Notes: generated from the letters alone by a model not told the origin. A DNA stretch of 63,200 nt from Candidatus Mediterraneibacter intestinigallinarum (GCA_019119265.1 DWXI01000173.1:1-63200), one strand, 5' to 3'. Positions 10,186 to 18,501 are shown, numbered from the stretch's first letter. Translations and numbers: made by a program.

Positions 10186-10224
10186 TGGTAGGAAAAATAA
10201 ATCTCAAAAGGAGATGAGAACATT

Positions 10225-10653
10225 ATGCAGATTTCAAGCAGATTTACAATCGCTCTCCATATGCTGACCTGTATGGAGACATTTAAAGAAGATTATAAGA
10301 TAACAAGCGACTTTCTGGCTTCCAGTATTAATGTAAATCCTGTTATTATCAGACGGATTCTGTCACAGTTAAAAGAGGCAGGCATTATCGAGGTGAAGAG
10401 AGGAACAGGCGGAGCAAAGATCACAAAACCGCTTCAGGATATTACGTTTCTGGACGTATATTACGCGGTAGAATGTATAGAAGAAAATACGTTGTTCCAT
10501 TTTCACGAGAATCCGAATCCGAATTGTCCGGTCGGAAAGAATATACACAATATTCTTGATGACAAGCTGTACCGGGTCCAGGCGGCGATGGAGCGGGAGC
10601 TGAAAGCGATCACACTTGCAGATGTGATGAATGATCTTGGAAAATATATTTGA
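10225..10653 (+). CDS. Rrf2-family repressor, SifR/YwnA-like
   Basis: MQISSRFTIA.H, TSDFLASS..VNPVIIR, RGTGG, HENPNPNCPVG. Lacks the IscR three-Cys Fe-S motif. Confidence 0.92.
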   Translation: MQISSRFTIALHMLTCMETFKEDYKITSDFLASSINVNPVIIRRILSQLKEAGIIEVKRGTGGAKITKPLQDITFLDVYYAVECIEENTLFHFHENPNPNCPVGKNIHNILDDKLYRVQAAMERELKAITLADVMNDLGKYI

Positions 10654-10703
10654 GACAATGAATGAAGATGCGCAGAGATAATCCCGCATCTTCATTTGTT
10701 GTC
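10654..10703. terminator. Long hairpin between convergent rrf2 and hxlR
   Basis: GACAATGAATGAAGATGCG / CGCATCTTCATTTGTTGTC. Confidence 0.6.
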
Positions 10704-11036
10704 TGGATCTGTACACACCCGGTTTTTATATTCTGTTCCCCATTTTTCCATTGCATCCAGTATAGGTTTCATGGACTCTCCCAGAGGCGTCAGGGAATAT
10801 TCCACTCTGGGCGGTACTTCCGGATAGACAGTGCGTGCGACGATCCCGTCAGACTCCAGTGCACGCAGGCTGTCTGCCAGAACTTTCTGGCTGATGCCTT
10901 CCAGATCTTTGCGCAGTTCGTTGAAGCGCCACGGACGCACAAGAAGATTACGCAGGATCAGCAGTTTCCATTTGCTTCCGATCAGCTGTACGGTCGTTGC
11001 TACCGGACATGCCGGCATCTCTTCTTTTGTGAGCAT
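10692..11036 (-). CDS. HxlR/DUF24-family redox-sensing regulator
   Basis: N-terminal CPV, IGSKWK..IL, RFNEL, YPEVPPRVEYSLT. Confidence 0.93.
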   Translation of the reverse strand: MLTKEEMPACPVATTVQLIGSKWKLLILRNLLVRPWRFNELRKDLEGISQKVLADSLRALESDGIVARTVYPEVPPRVEYSLTPLGESMKPILDAMEKWGTEYKNRVCTDPDNK

Positions 11037-11104
11037 CTGATCACCTCCGTTTTCATACAGTCAATTCCCTGAGCTATTATAACACATAATCATATTGAAG
11101 GTAT

Positions 11105-11172
11105 GGTTACCTTTTTGTAACCAGGTAATAAAAAAGTGCGTACTTCTTTTATGTAACGATGGGAGTTACAAT
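11105..11172. promoter_or_regulatory. Divergent control region with HxlR-type and Rrf2-type operators
   Basis: Palindromes GGTTAC-N6-GTAACC (11105-11122) and AAGTGCGTACTT (11134-11145). TGTAA-CGATGGGAG-TTACA (11152-11170) overlaps TACAAT. Confidence 0.65.
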
Positions 11173-11225
11173 AAAACTGCAAACGAAAAAGGCGTTTGAC
11201 AATAAGAAAAACGGAGGTAAACACT

Positions 11226-11366
11226 ATGTCACTTTCAAATCTTTTCGGATGGAACAAAAAGGCGGAGACTCAGCCTGCAGCGGCATGCGGAACAGCCTGC
11301 GGAGCCGGAGACAAGCCGGAGGAGAAGCCTGCAGCATGCGGAACAGCCTGCAGAGCCGGTTTATGA
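11226..11366 (+). CDS. acgA: ACGX-repeat RiPP precursor peptide, 46 aa: MSLSNLFGWNKKAETQPAAACGTACGAGDKPEEKPAACGTACRAGL
   Basis: Translated by hand. GGAGGT RBS upstream, ACG[T/A] motifs, immediately upstream of the rSAM/SPASM gene. Confidence 0.9.
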   Translation: MSLSNLFGWNKKAETQPAAACGTACGAGDKPEEKPAACGTACRAGL

Positions 11367-11394
11367 TAGATGAAAGAAAGGCGAGGGTGATATC

Positions 11395-12429
11395 ATGAAA
11401 CAGTATTTTTCTTTTCAGTGGCACATTACGGATGAGTGTGACCAGCGGTGCAAGCACTGCTATATCTTTTCAGAGGACAACTGCAAAAAGCTGGATTCCA
11501 TGACGTGGGAACAGATGCAGAAAACATTTGACAATTGTCTTGATTTTTGCAGGACATATGACAGACTGCCGTATTTTTATATTACGGGAGGAGATCCGAT
11601 CCTCCATCCGGACTTCTGGAGGCTTCTGGAACTTCTGAAAAGTCATGATATCCCGTTTACCATTCTGGGCAATCCATTCCATCTAAACGATGAAGTTTGT
11701 CAGAAGCTGAAAGTGTATGGCTGCGAGAAGTACCAGCTTTCTCTGGACGGCATGAGAAAGACTCACGACTGGTTCCGGAAGCCCGGCAGTTTCGATATCA
11801 CTCTAGAGAAGATCAAGTGTATCAGAAAGGCGGGTATCCGCGCCGTGATCATGACGACAGTATCCGGCACAAACATCGACGAGGTCCCGGATATCATAGA
11901 TGCTGTCGTAGAACATAAGGCGGACGTGTTTGCATTTGCAAGATACTGCCCGACCAGTGAGGAGAAGGACGTGGGTATCGAGCCGATGCGCTACCGGCAG
12001 CTGTTCGCGGACTGTGACCGGAAGTTTAAGGAATATGAGGCGGCAGGATGTGAGACATATTTTAACAAAAAAGATCATCTCTGGACGCTGTATGAATACG
12101 AAACAGGAGAATTTAGGATTCCGCAGAACGCGGAAGAAGGCATGATCTACGGAGGGTGTAACTGCGGGAACTGTCATCTCACCATTCTCCCCACAGGAGA
12201 TATCTATGCCTGTCGGAGAGTACAGAACAGCAAAGCCGGAAATGTATTTACTGACCGGATTGCGGACGTATGGCTCGGACGGATGGAGCAGTACCGCGAT
12301 TATAAGAAGTTTGAGAAATGTGCGAAATGCGAGCTGCTCGCATGGTGCAGGGGATGCCCTGCCGTGGCAAGCGGAAAAGACGGCGATTTTTATGCGGCGG
12401 ATCCACAGTGTTGGAAGGAGGTTGGATAA
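11395..12429 (+). CDS. acgM: Radical SAM/SPASM peptide maturase, ACGX system
   Basis: CDQRCKHC, TGGDP. SPASM cysteines GGCNCGNC...ACRR and CAKCELLAWCRGCPA...C. Confidence 0.9.
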   Translation: MKQYFSFQWHITDECDQRCKHCYIFSEDNCKKLDSMTWEQMQKTFDNCLDFCRTYDRLPYFYITGGDPILHPDFWRLLELLKSHDIPFTILGNPFHLNDEVCQKLKVYGCEKYQLSLDGMRKTHDWFRKPGSFDITLEKIKCIRKAGIRAVIMTTVSGTNIDEVPDIIDAVVEHKADVFAFARYCPTSEEKDVGIEPMRYRQLFADCDRKFKEYEAAGCETYFNKKDHLWTLYEYETGEFRIPQNAEEGMIYGGCNCGNCHLTILPTGDIYACRRVQNSKAGNVFTDRIADVWLGRMEQYRDYKKFEKCAKCELLAWCRGCPAVASGKDGDFYAADPQCWKEVG

Positions 12430-12439
12430 GATGGGAGGC

Positions 12440-12820
12440 GTGAATCAGACAGCAAGATCAGACCATGCGGCAGCAACGGGAGGAAGAGAACCCGTGACAG
12501 TCATGGATGCAATCATGCACCGCCGTGCAATCCGGCGATACGATCCAAGGCAGATCGAGGAGCCGGAGCTGCAGCAGATCCTTGAGGCAGGCATGTACGC
12601 TCCCAGCGCAGGCGGGCGTCAGGGTGTGATCTTTGCAGTATGTCAGGACAGAGAAGTCAATGAAAGGCTTGGGAAAATCAAGCGTGCAAACTCGAATTGG
12701 AGGATGGCGTCAGGAAATAACTATAATGCAGTCATGCAGCTTCTGCTCGGATATCCGAGGGAGACGGACAGACATCCTTCGCCGAAACCGCGCAAAGAGG
12801 GGCGTATCATACGGGTGTAA
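12440..12820 (+). pseudogene. Nitroreductase-family protein with probable internal deletion
   Basis: RRAIRRY and AGMYAPSAGGRQ join directly to C-terminal LLLGYP..PKPRK. The central A.ENMMLAA/G.GSC segment is absent. Start codon uncertain. Confidence 0.7.
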
Positions 12821-12878
12821 GAAAATGTAATATTGAGTGCAAAGATCAAGAAATCATTCAGATAAAGGAGAGAAACAG

Positions 12879-13499
12879 ATGGATGCAAAGACCTGTTTAC
12901 AGAAATTACAGTATGTCGGCGTGCTTGCTTTTGCCACTGTGGATGCAGACGGAGCGCCTCAGGTGCGCAATATCAGCGCCATTCATTACGAGCCGGACGC
13001 CATTTATTTCTTTACGGCAAGAGGGAAGGACTTCTGCCGTGAGCTGTTGGCCGACGGACGGGTGCAGATACTTGGATACACAAGGTATAAAGAGATGATC
13101 CGCCTGTCCGCAAAGGCGGAGCCGGTTCCGGATGAGGCACAGCAGAAATGGATCAGAACTATATTTGAGGAACAGCCTTATCTCTCAAATGTATATCCGG
13201 GAGATACAAGAGAGATTGGCATTGTATTTGTGATCAGGGATGCACGGATCGAATATTTTAATCTGGGTGTGCGCCCGATCTTCAGAGAGAGCTATTCAGT
13301 GGGAAGCGGACATGTTACAATGCAAGGGTATCAGATTACGGATGCGTGCATCGGCTGTGGAACCTGCGCAGAGCACTGCCCACAGGCATGTATCGAGCCG
13401 GGAGAACCGTTCAGGATTCATCAGGAGCACTGCCTTCACTGCGGGAACTGCTTTGAACACTGTCCGGTGTCCGCCATAAAGAAAAGAGGAGAAGAATAA
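12879..13499 (+). CDS. Pyridoxamine 5'-phosphate oxidase-like flavin domain fused to a 2x[4Fe-4S] ferredoxin
   Basis: FATVD..G.PQVR, YFFTARGK. CIGCGTCAEHCP and CLHCGNCFEHCP. Confidence 0.88.
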   Translation: MDAKTCLQKLQYVGVLAFATVDADGAPQVRNISAIHYEPDAIYFFTARGKDFCRELLADGRVQILGYTRYKEMIRLSAKAEPVPDEAQQKWIRTIFEEQPYLSNVYPGDTREIGIVFVIRDARIEYFNLGVRPIFRESYSVGSGHVTMQGYQITDACIGCGTCAEHCPQACIEPGEPFRIHQEHCLHCGNCFEHCPVSAIKKRGEE

Positions 13500-14425
13500 T
13501 GTTGGCACAGAGATTGTTCCGGAGAAACGAGGAGACTTACAACGAGAAGATACAGAGACTGGGGAATGTCCTTGAGGAGGCGGACGTTGTGATCATCGGC
13601 GCGGGAGCAGGACTTTCCACGTCGGCAGGTTTTGTATATGACGGGGAACGCTTCCAGAAATATTTCGGTGATTTTAAAGAAAAATACGGATTCCGGGATA
13701 TGTACTCCGGCGGATTTTATCCATACGATACACTGGAAGAACACTGGGCGTACTGGAGCCGCTATATCTGGATCAACCGTTATGCGGATGCCCCGAAACC
13801 GGTATATGACGAATTGTTTGCACTTGTAAAGGATAAAGATTATTTCGTCCTGACGACCAATGTAGACCACTGTTTCCAGAAAGCGGGATTTGATAAGGAA
13901 AGGCTGTTCTACACGCAGGGAGATTACGGGCTGTTCCAGTGCAGTGTACCTTGCCATAAGGAAACTTATGACAATGCAGAGATTATCCGTAAAATGATTG
14001 AGGCACAAGGCTATGTGATCGCTGAAAACGGTGAGATAAATTTACCGGAAGGGATTGTGCCTAAAATGGAGGTTCCCTCTGAATTGGTTCCCCACTGTCC
14101 GAAGTGCGGAAAACCTATGAGTATGAATCTCCGGGCTGATGATACTTTTGTGGAGGATGGAGGCTGGCACAAGGCAGCACAGCGATATTCTGATTTTCTC
14201 CGCAGACATCAAAACATGAGAGTGCTGTTTTTAGAAGCAGCCGTTGGCTTCAATACGCCAACGATAGTCAAGTATAGCTTCTGGCGGATGGTATACGAGT
14301 GGGAAGATGCGTTGTATGCCTGTTTGAATTACGGAGAGGCTTTTGCCCCTGATGAAATAAAAAAGAAGTCAATTTGTATCAATGGAGATATAGGAGCGAT
14401 TCTTAATCAACTCCAACCCACATAA
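13499..14425 (+). CDS. Class M sirtuin (SirTM-like NAD-dependent ADP-ribosyltransferase)
   Basis: GAGAGLS, YFVLTTNVD, FYTQGDY (Gln at the usual catalytic His position), Zn ligands QCSVPC/CPKC, NTPTIVKYSFW. Translationally coupled (TAATG). Confidence 0.9.
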   Translation: MLAQRLFRRNEETYNEKIQRLGNVLEEADVVIIGAGAGLSTSAGFVYDGERFQKYFGDFKEKYGFRDMYSGGFYPYDTLEEHWAYWSRYIWINRYADAPKPVYDELFALVKDKDYFVLTTNVDHCFQKAGFDKERLFYTQGDYGLFQCSVPCHKETYDNAEIIRKMIEAQGYVIAENGEINLPEGIVPKMEVPSELVPHCPKCGKPMSMNLRADDTFVEDGGWHKAAQRYSDFLRRHQNMRVLFLEAAVGFNTPTIVKYSFWRMVYEWEDALYACLNYGEAFAPDEIKKKSICINGDIGAILNQLQPT

Positions 14426-14451
14426 ATATCACTGGCGTAATGCTGGAAGCC

Positions 14452-14490
14452 AAAGAGCGTTTCATCTGATCTGATGGGCGCTCTTTTTTT
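14452..14490 (+). terminator. Intrinsic terminator
   Basis: AAAGAGCG...CGCTCTTT stem plus T run. Confidence 0.7.
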
Positions 14491-14602
14491 ACGTCCATTT
14501 TCAGAAGGAGGAAATTCACATGGAACTTAACGAAGAAGAAAAAAGGCAGTTGTTTCAGGTTGACGGCGACTGCCAGGCCAAAGCGCCGGCTAAACAAAAA
14601 TG

Positions 14603-14683
14603 ACAATTTAGTTTAGACAGATGCGCCATTGACATCTTGTAAGGCTCTGGCTATAATAAAGTCACAATTTGGTTTAGACGGAT
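14603..14683 (+). promoter_or_regulatory. Consensus SigA promoter bracketed by 20-bp direct repeats
   Basis: TTGACA 14629, TATAAT 14652 (17-bp spacing). ACAATTT(A/G)GTTTAGAC(A/G)GAT at 14603 and 14664. Confidence 0.7.
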
Positions 14684-14729
14684 ATTCTGAATAAAATTGA
14701 CTATACTATAACCGAAGGGAGAGATTGTC

Positions 14730-16004
14730 ATGACATATATCAAACGAGCTGTGGAAGAGACGATTGCACGGGTGTCCAAAATGTTTCCGGTGCTGCTGGT
14801 AACTGGTCCAAGGCAGGTAGGGAAAACGACCTTATTGCAAAGAATGGCAGAGGCACAGCAAAGCGAAGGCATAGAGCGCAAATATGTTACTCTGGATGAT
14901 CCTGACGTCAGATACCTGGCAAAACACGATCCTGCCCTGTTTTTACAGAGGTATTCCCCACCGGTACTGATTGATGAAATCCAGTATGCAACAGAGCTGC
15001 TGCCCTATATCAAAATGAGCGTTGACCGTTCTAAGAAAAAAGGTGATTTCTGGATCACAGGCTCGCAGGTGTTCCGTCTTATGAAAAATGTCAGCGAAAG
15101 TTTGGCCGGACGGGTCGGAATCGTGAACCTGCTGGGATTATCCGATGCGGAGATCTACCAGGAACCGAGCGAGCCTTTTCAAACGGAAGCCGGATATTTG
15201 ATGGAGCGTTTGTCCGTAAAAAGAAAAAGAGATTTGAATGAGATCTACCGCAGGATATTCAAAGGTTCCATGCCGGAACTCTATGCAGACGAAAATGTGG
15301 ATTGGGAGACTTACTACCGCTCCTATGTTGATACCTATCTGCAAAGGGATATTCGGGATCTGGCACAGGTTGCGGATGAAATGCAGTTTTACAATTTTAT
15401 GACGATTGTTGCTGCACAGACCTCAAAACCTGTTGTCTATGAGGAACTGGCGAGTGCCGCAGGCGTTTCAGCTCCAACGGCAAAGAAATGGCTCTCTATT
15501 TTGGTGTCGTCTCATATCATTGCGCTTGTACAGCCTTATCATAACAATGCACTCAAACGGGTTGTAAAGATGCCATTGATCCATTTCCTGGACACCGGTT
15601 TGGCAGCGTACCTCTTAAAATGGGGCAATCCCGAAGCACTGGAAAGAGGCGCCATGTCTGGGGCGTTTTTTGAGAGCTATGTTTTTTCAGAGATTTATAA
15701 GAGTTATCTGAACGCAGGAAAAGAGCCGCCCATTTTCTATTACCGGGATAAAGACCAGAAAGAAATAGACCTGTTGCTTTATCAGAATGGTGTGCTTTCT
15801 CCGATAGAGATCAAAAAATCGGCGTCACCGGGCAAGACCGCCATTAAAAACTTCAAGGTATTGGAACCCGTTACCAGGGAATCAGTTTTCGGAGGTTCAG
15901 AGCCTTTGAAGGTCGAGATTGGAACCGGGAGCGTGGTCTGTATGGCAAACGATCTGTTGCCTGTGGACGACAAGAACTGGTACGTACCAGTTTGGCTCAT
16001 TTAA
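14730..16004 (+). CDS. AAA+ ATPase (AAA_14 + DUF4143)
   Basis: Walker A GPRQVGKT, Walker B LIDEIQ, TGSQ, DTGL, C-terminal EIDL...IEIK. Confidence 0.9.
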   Translation: MTYIKRAVEETIARVSKMFPVLLVTGPRQVGKTTLLQRMAEAQQSEGIERKYVTLDDPDVRYLAKHDPALFLQRYSPPVLIDEIQYATELLPYIKMSVDRSKKKGDFWITGSQVFRLMKNVSESLAGRVGIVNLLGLSDAEIYQEPSEPFQTEAGYLMERLSVKRKRDLNEIYRRIFKGSMPELYADENVDWETYYRSYVDTYLQRDIRDLAQVADEMQFYNFMTIVAAQTSKPVVYEELASAAGVSAPTAKKWLSILVSSHIIALVQPYHNNALKRVVKMPLIHFLDTGLAAYLLKWGNPEALERGAMSGAFFESYVFSEIYKSYLNAGKEPPIFYYRDKDQKEIDLLLYQNGVLSPIEIKKSASPGKTAIKNFKVLEPVTRESVFGGSEPLKVEIGTGSVVCMANDLLPVDDKNWYVPVWLI

Positions 16005-16027
16005 TCAGTATTTTGCAGAATGAACGA

Positions 16028-16123
16028 GGACTGAACACCCCAGGTATCATCAAGTATCCGTTCTGGCAGGTGACATACCGGAATCCGGAGGCAACATATG
16101 CGTGCATCAATTACGGGGATGCC
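16028..16123 (+). pseudogene. C-terminal fragment of a second class M sirtuin
   Basis: GLNTPGIIKYPFWQVTYRNPEATYACINYGDA aligns with GFNTPTIVKYSFWRMVYEWEDALYACLNYGEA of 13499..14425. Confidence 0.8.
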
Positions 16124-16225
16124 ATTATGATTTTCTGCTTGACCCGGAGTGTCTTGAAAAATAAAGAAGTAAGCCAAAAGGCCGAAAAAATAATTGCCAG
16201 ATTACCGAAAAAGGAGCGTAAAAAT

Positions 16226-17101
16226 ATGCATGACATCTGGAATCCGTGGCACGGCTGCAGGAAGTGCTCGGAGGGCTGTGAAAACTGTTATATGTATTTT
16301 CTTGACCGGATGCGGGAGCAGGACGGAAGCCGGATCTACCGGACGAAGAACGGCTTCCGCTATCCGCTGTCTAAGGATCGGCAGGGGAAGTACAAAGTAA
16401 AGAGCGGAGAGATGATCCGGGTCTGCATGACTTCGGATTTTTTCCTTGAAGAGGCGGATGAATGGCGGGATGATGCGTGGTCTGTCATGCGGGAGAGGAA
16501 GGATGTCAAGTTCTTCCTATTGACGAAGCGGCCTGAGCGCGTCTCTTCCTGTCTGCCCTATGACTGGGGAGATGGATGGGAGAATGTCTTTTTTAATGTG
16601 ACCTGCGAGAACCAGAGGCGGGCGGACGAGAGAATCCCGATCCTGTTTGAGCTGCCTTTTAAGCACAAGGGAATTATGACCGCCCCTTTGATCGGTCCGG
16701 TAGATATTGAAAAATATCTGGCGGCAGGGCAGATCGAACAGGTGATATGCGGCGGGGAAAACTATGATGGTTCCCGTCTCTGCCGCTATGAGTGGGTGAA
16801 GCTTTTAAGTGACCAGTGCAGAAAATATGGCGTTACTTTTAACTTTATCGAGACAGGCACCTGTTTCGCGGTCGGGGAAAAGGTATACCGTATTCCGGAT
16901 AAGCGGACACAGTCGCAGCAGGCATTCCGGTCCGGGCTGAATTATAAAGGGAAAGAGATCCGTTTCCACCTGACGGATGAATGGGGATATGACATTCCGG
17001 AGGGAGAACTCTATGTTCCCCATTATCATTCGGTCACATGTGTGGAATGTTCCAACCGTCTGACGTGCAACGGATGCTCAGACTGTGGAAAGTGTTCCTA
17101 G
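16226..17101 (+). CDS. DUF5131 (phage Gp37/Gp68-like) protein with Cys-rich C-terminus
   Basis: WNPWHGCRKCSEGCENCY, SDFF, LLTKRPER, VICGGE. AAGGAG RBS before the ATG at 16226. Confidence 0.85.
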   Translation: MHDIWNPWHGCRKCSEGCENCYMYFLDRMREQDGSRIYRTKNGFRYPLSKDRQGKYKVKSGEMIRVCMTSDFFLEEADEWRDDAWSVMRERKDVKFFLLTKRPERVSSCLPYDWGDGWENVFFNVTCENQRRADERIPILFELPFKHKGIMTAPLIGPVDIEKYLAAGQIEQVICGGENYDGSRLCRYEWVKLLSDQCRKYGVTFNFIETGTCFAVGEKVYRIPDKRTQSQQAFRSGLNYKGKEIRFHLTDEWGYDIPEGELYVPHYHSVTCVECSNRLTCNGCSDCGKCS

Positions 17102-17195
17102 TGCATTAGCCGCAGTAAGCACGTTAGTGCGCCTTTGCAAGCAGTACGGAGCAAGCTGCAGCGATTACAGTTATATAAGTTATTACGAGGGAAGG

Positions 17196-18005
17196 ATGGC
17201 TATGCAGTCAAGATCTAAAATGTTAAAAAAAGCTTTCACCACGGCATTCCCCTATACGATACCGATATTTGCCGGATTCTGGTTTCTGGGTATTACATAT
17301 GGGATATACATGAATGTGTCAGGATTCAGTTTCTGGTATCCGATGCTCATGAGTGTGACGATATTTGCCGGCTCGATCGAATTTGTGACCGTGAATATGC
17401 TCCTTGGGGCGTTTAATCCGCTGCAGGCGTTTGTCATGACGCTGATGATCAATGCGAGACACCTGTTCTACGGGATTTCCATGCTGGACAAGTTCCGGGG
17501 AGTGGGCAGGAAGAAGTTTTATCTTATATTCGGCATGTGTGATGAGACGTTTTCTATCAATTATACGGCGGATATTCCGGAAGATGTGGACCGCGGATGG
17601 TTCATGTTCTTTGTGACTCTGCTGAATCATTTTTACTGGTTCTCAGGGGCAACGCTTGGCGGTATCTTCGGATCGCTGATCAACTTTAATACAGAAGGTC
17701 TTGAGTTTGTCATGACGGCGATGTTCGTTGTGATCTTTCTGGAGCAGTGGCTTAAGGAAAAAGACCACACGAGTTCTCTCATTGGACTGGGGATTTCGAT
17801 CCTCTGCCTGATAGCATTCGGAGCGGACAACTTTATTATCCCGGCAATGCTGGCAATCCTCGGAGTGCTGACGCTTATGCGGCACCCGCTTGAGAATACC
17901 GGGACCGGAGAGAACGAGGTGCAGGAGGATGCGAGCGAAAGTAAAAAGACAGAAAGAGCCTCAATTGGGACGGGCAATATAGAGAAGGGAGGAGAAGTAC
18001 AATGA
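17196..18005 (+). CDS. azlC: AzlC-family branched-chain amino acid exporter
   Basis: [33 protein letters not shown]. Confidence 0.9.
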   Translation: MAMQSRSKMLKKAFTTAFPYTIPIFAGFWFLGITYGIYMNVSGFSFWYPMLMSVTIFAGSIEFVTVNMLLGAFNPLQAFVMTLMINARHLFYGISMLDKFRGVGRKKFYLIFGMCDETFSINYTADIPEDVDRGWFMFFVTLLNHFYWFSGATLGGIFGSLINFNTEGLEFVMTAMFVVIFLEQWLKEKDHTSSLIGLGISILCLIAFGADNFIIPAMLAILGVLTLMRHPLENTGTGENEVQEDASESKKTERASIGTGNIEKGGEVQ

Positions 18006-18328
18006 CGCTGACACAACAGATCATCACAGTTGCAATGGTTGTCCTGGGAACGGCGGTCACCCGTTTCCTCCCATTCCTTATCTTCCCGGCAGGAAAGCCG
18101 ACGCCGAAATATGTGCAGTATCTGGGAAAGGTGCTTCCGGCGGCAGTATTCGGACTGCTCGTCGTTTACAGCCTGAAAGACGTGAGTATCCTTACCGGCA
18201 GCCATGGAATACCGGAACTGATCTCGATTGTTCTGGTTATCGTGCTCCATGTGTGGAAACGGCAGATGCTTCTGTCTATTGCCGGAGGAACCGTGTGCTA
18301 CATGCTGTTAGTACAGCTCGTTTTCTGA
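18002..18328 (+). CDS. azlD: AzlD-family exporter subunit
   Basis: [25 protein letters not shown]. Overlaps the azlC stop. Confidence 0.9.
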   Translation: MTLTQQIITVAMVVLGTAVTRFLPFLIFPAGKPTPKYVQYLGKVLPAAVFGLLVVYSLKDVSILTGSHGIPELISIVLVIVLHVWKRQMLLSIAGGTVCYMLLVQLVF

Positions 18329-18396
18329 AAATGTGAATTGCGAGCGCAGCGCGGAACATTCCGGAGGTATCACAGCAGAGATTTTGACCGGTATAA

Positions 18397-18436
18397 TTTT
18401 AATCATTTAGAAACAAAACAAAAACATTTTGGAAAT
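18397..18436 (+). promoter_or_regulatory. Second copy of the TTTTAA-N6-AGAAAC-N7-AAAC operator
   Basis: Aligns with 4143 and 24683. Confidence 0.55.
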
Positions 18437-18501
18437 AATGAACAGCTATTGTGAAATCAGATGTGCATTTTGGTGTGGAACTTCATTCGAGGAGGAAGAC
18501 T

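Noticed and set aside
11159-11398. 79-aa ORF from the track (and antisense 11224..11457)
   Set aside because: Shadow frames of the ACGX peptide, which has the RBS and the family motif.
8612-14425. Sir2 + macrodomain as a Thoeris-type anti-phage system
   Set aside because: No TIR gene. The sirtuin has class M motifs and the macrodomain has the Zn loop and no TM helices, matching the SirTM pair.
15992-16225. N-terminal extension making a sirtuin-DUF5131 fusion
   Set aside because: No RBS and it overlaps the ATPase end. A good RBS precedes 16226, so the extension is an in-frame remnant.
16226-17101. Prophage signalled by the Gp37/Gp68-like gene
   Set aside because: No integrase, structural or lysis genes in the window.
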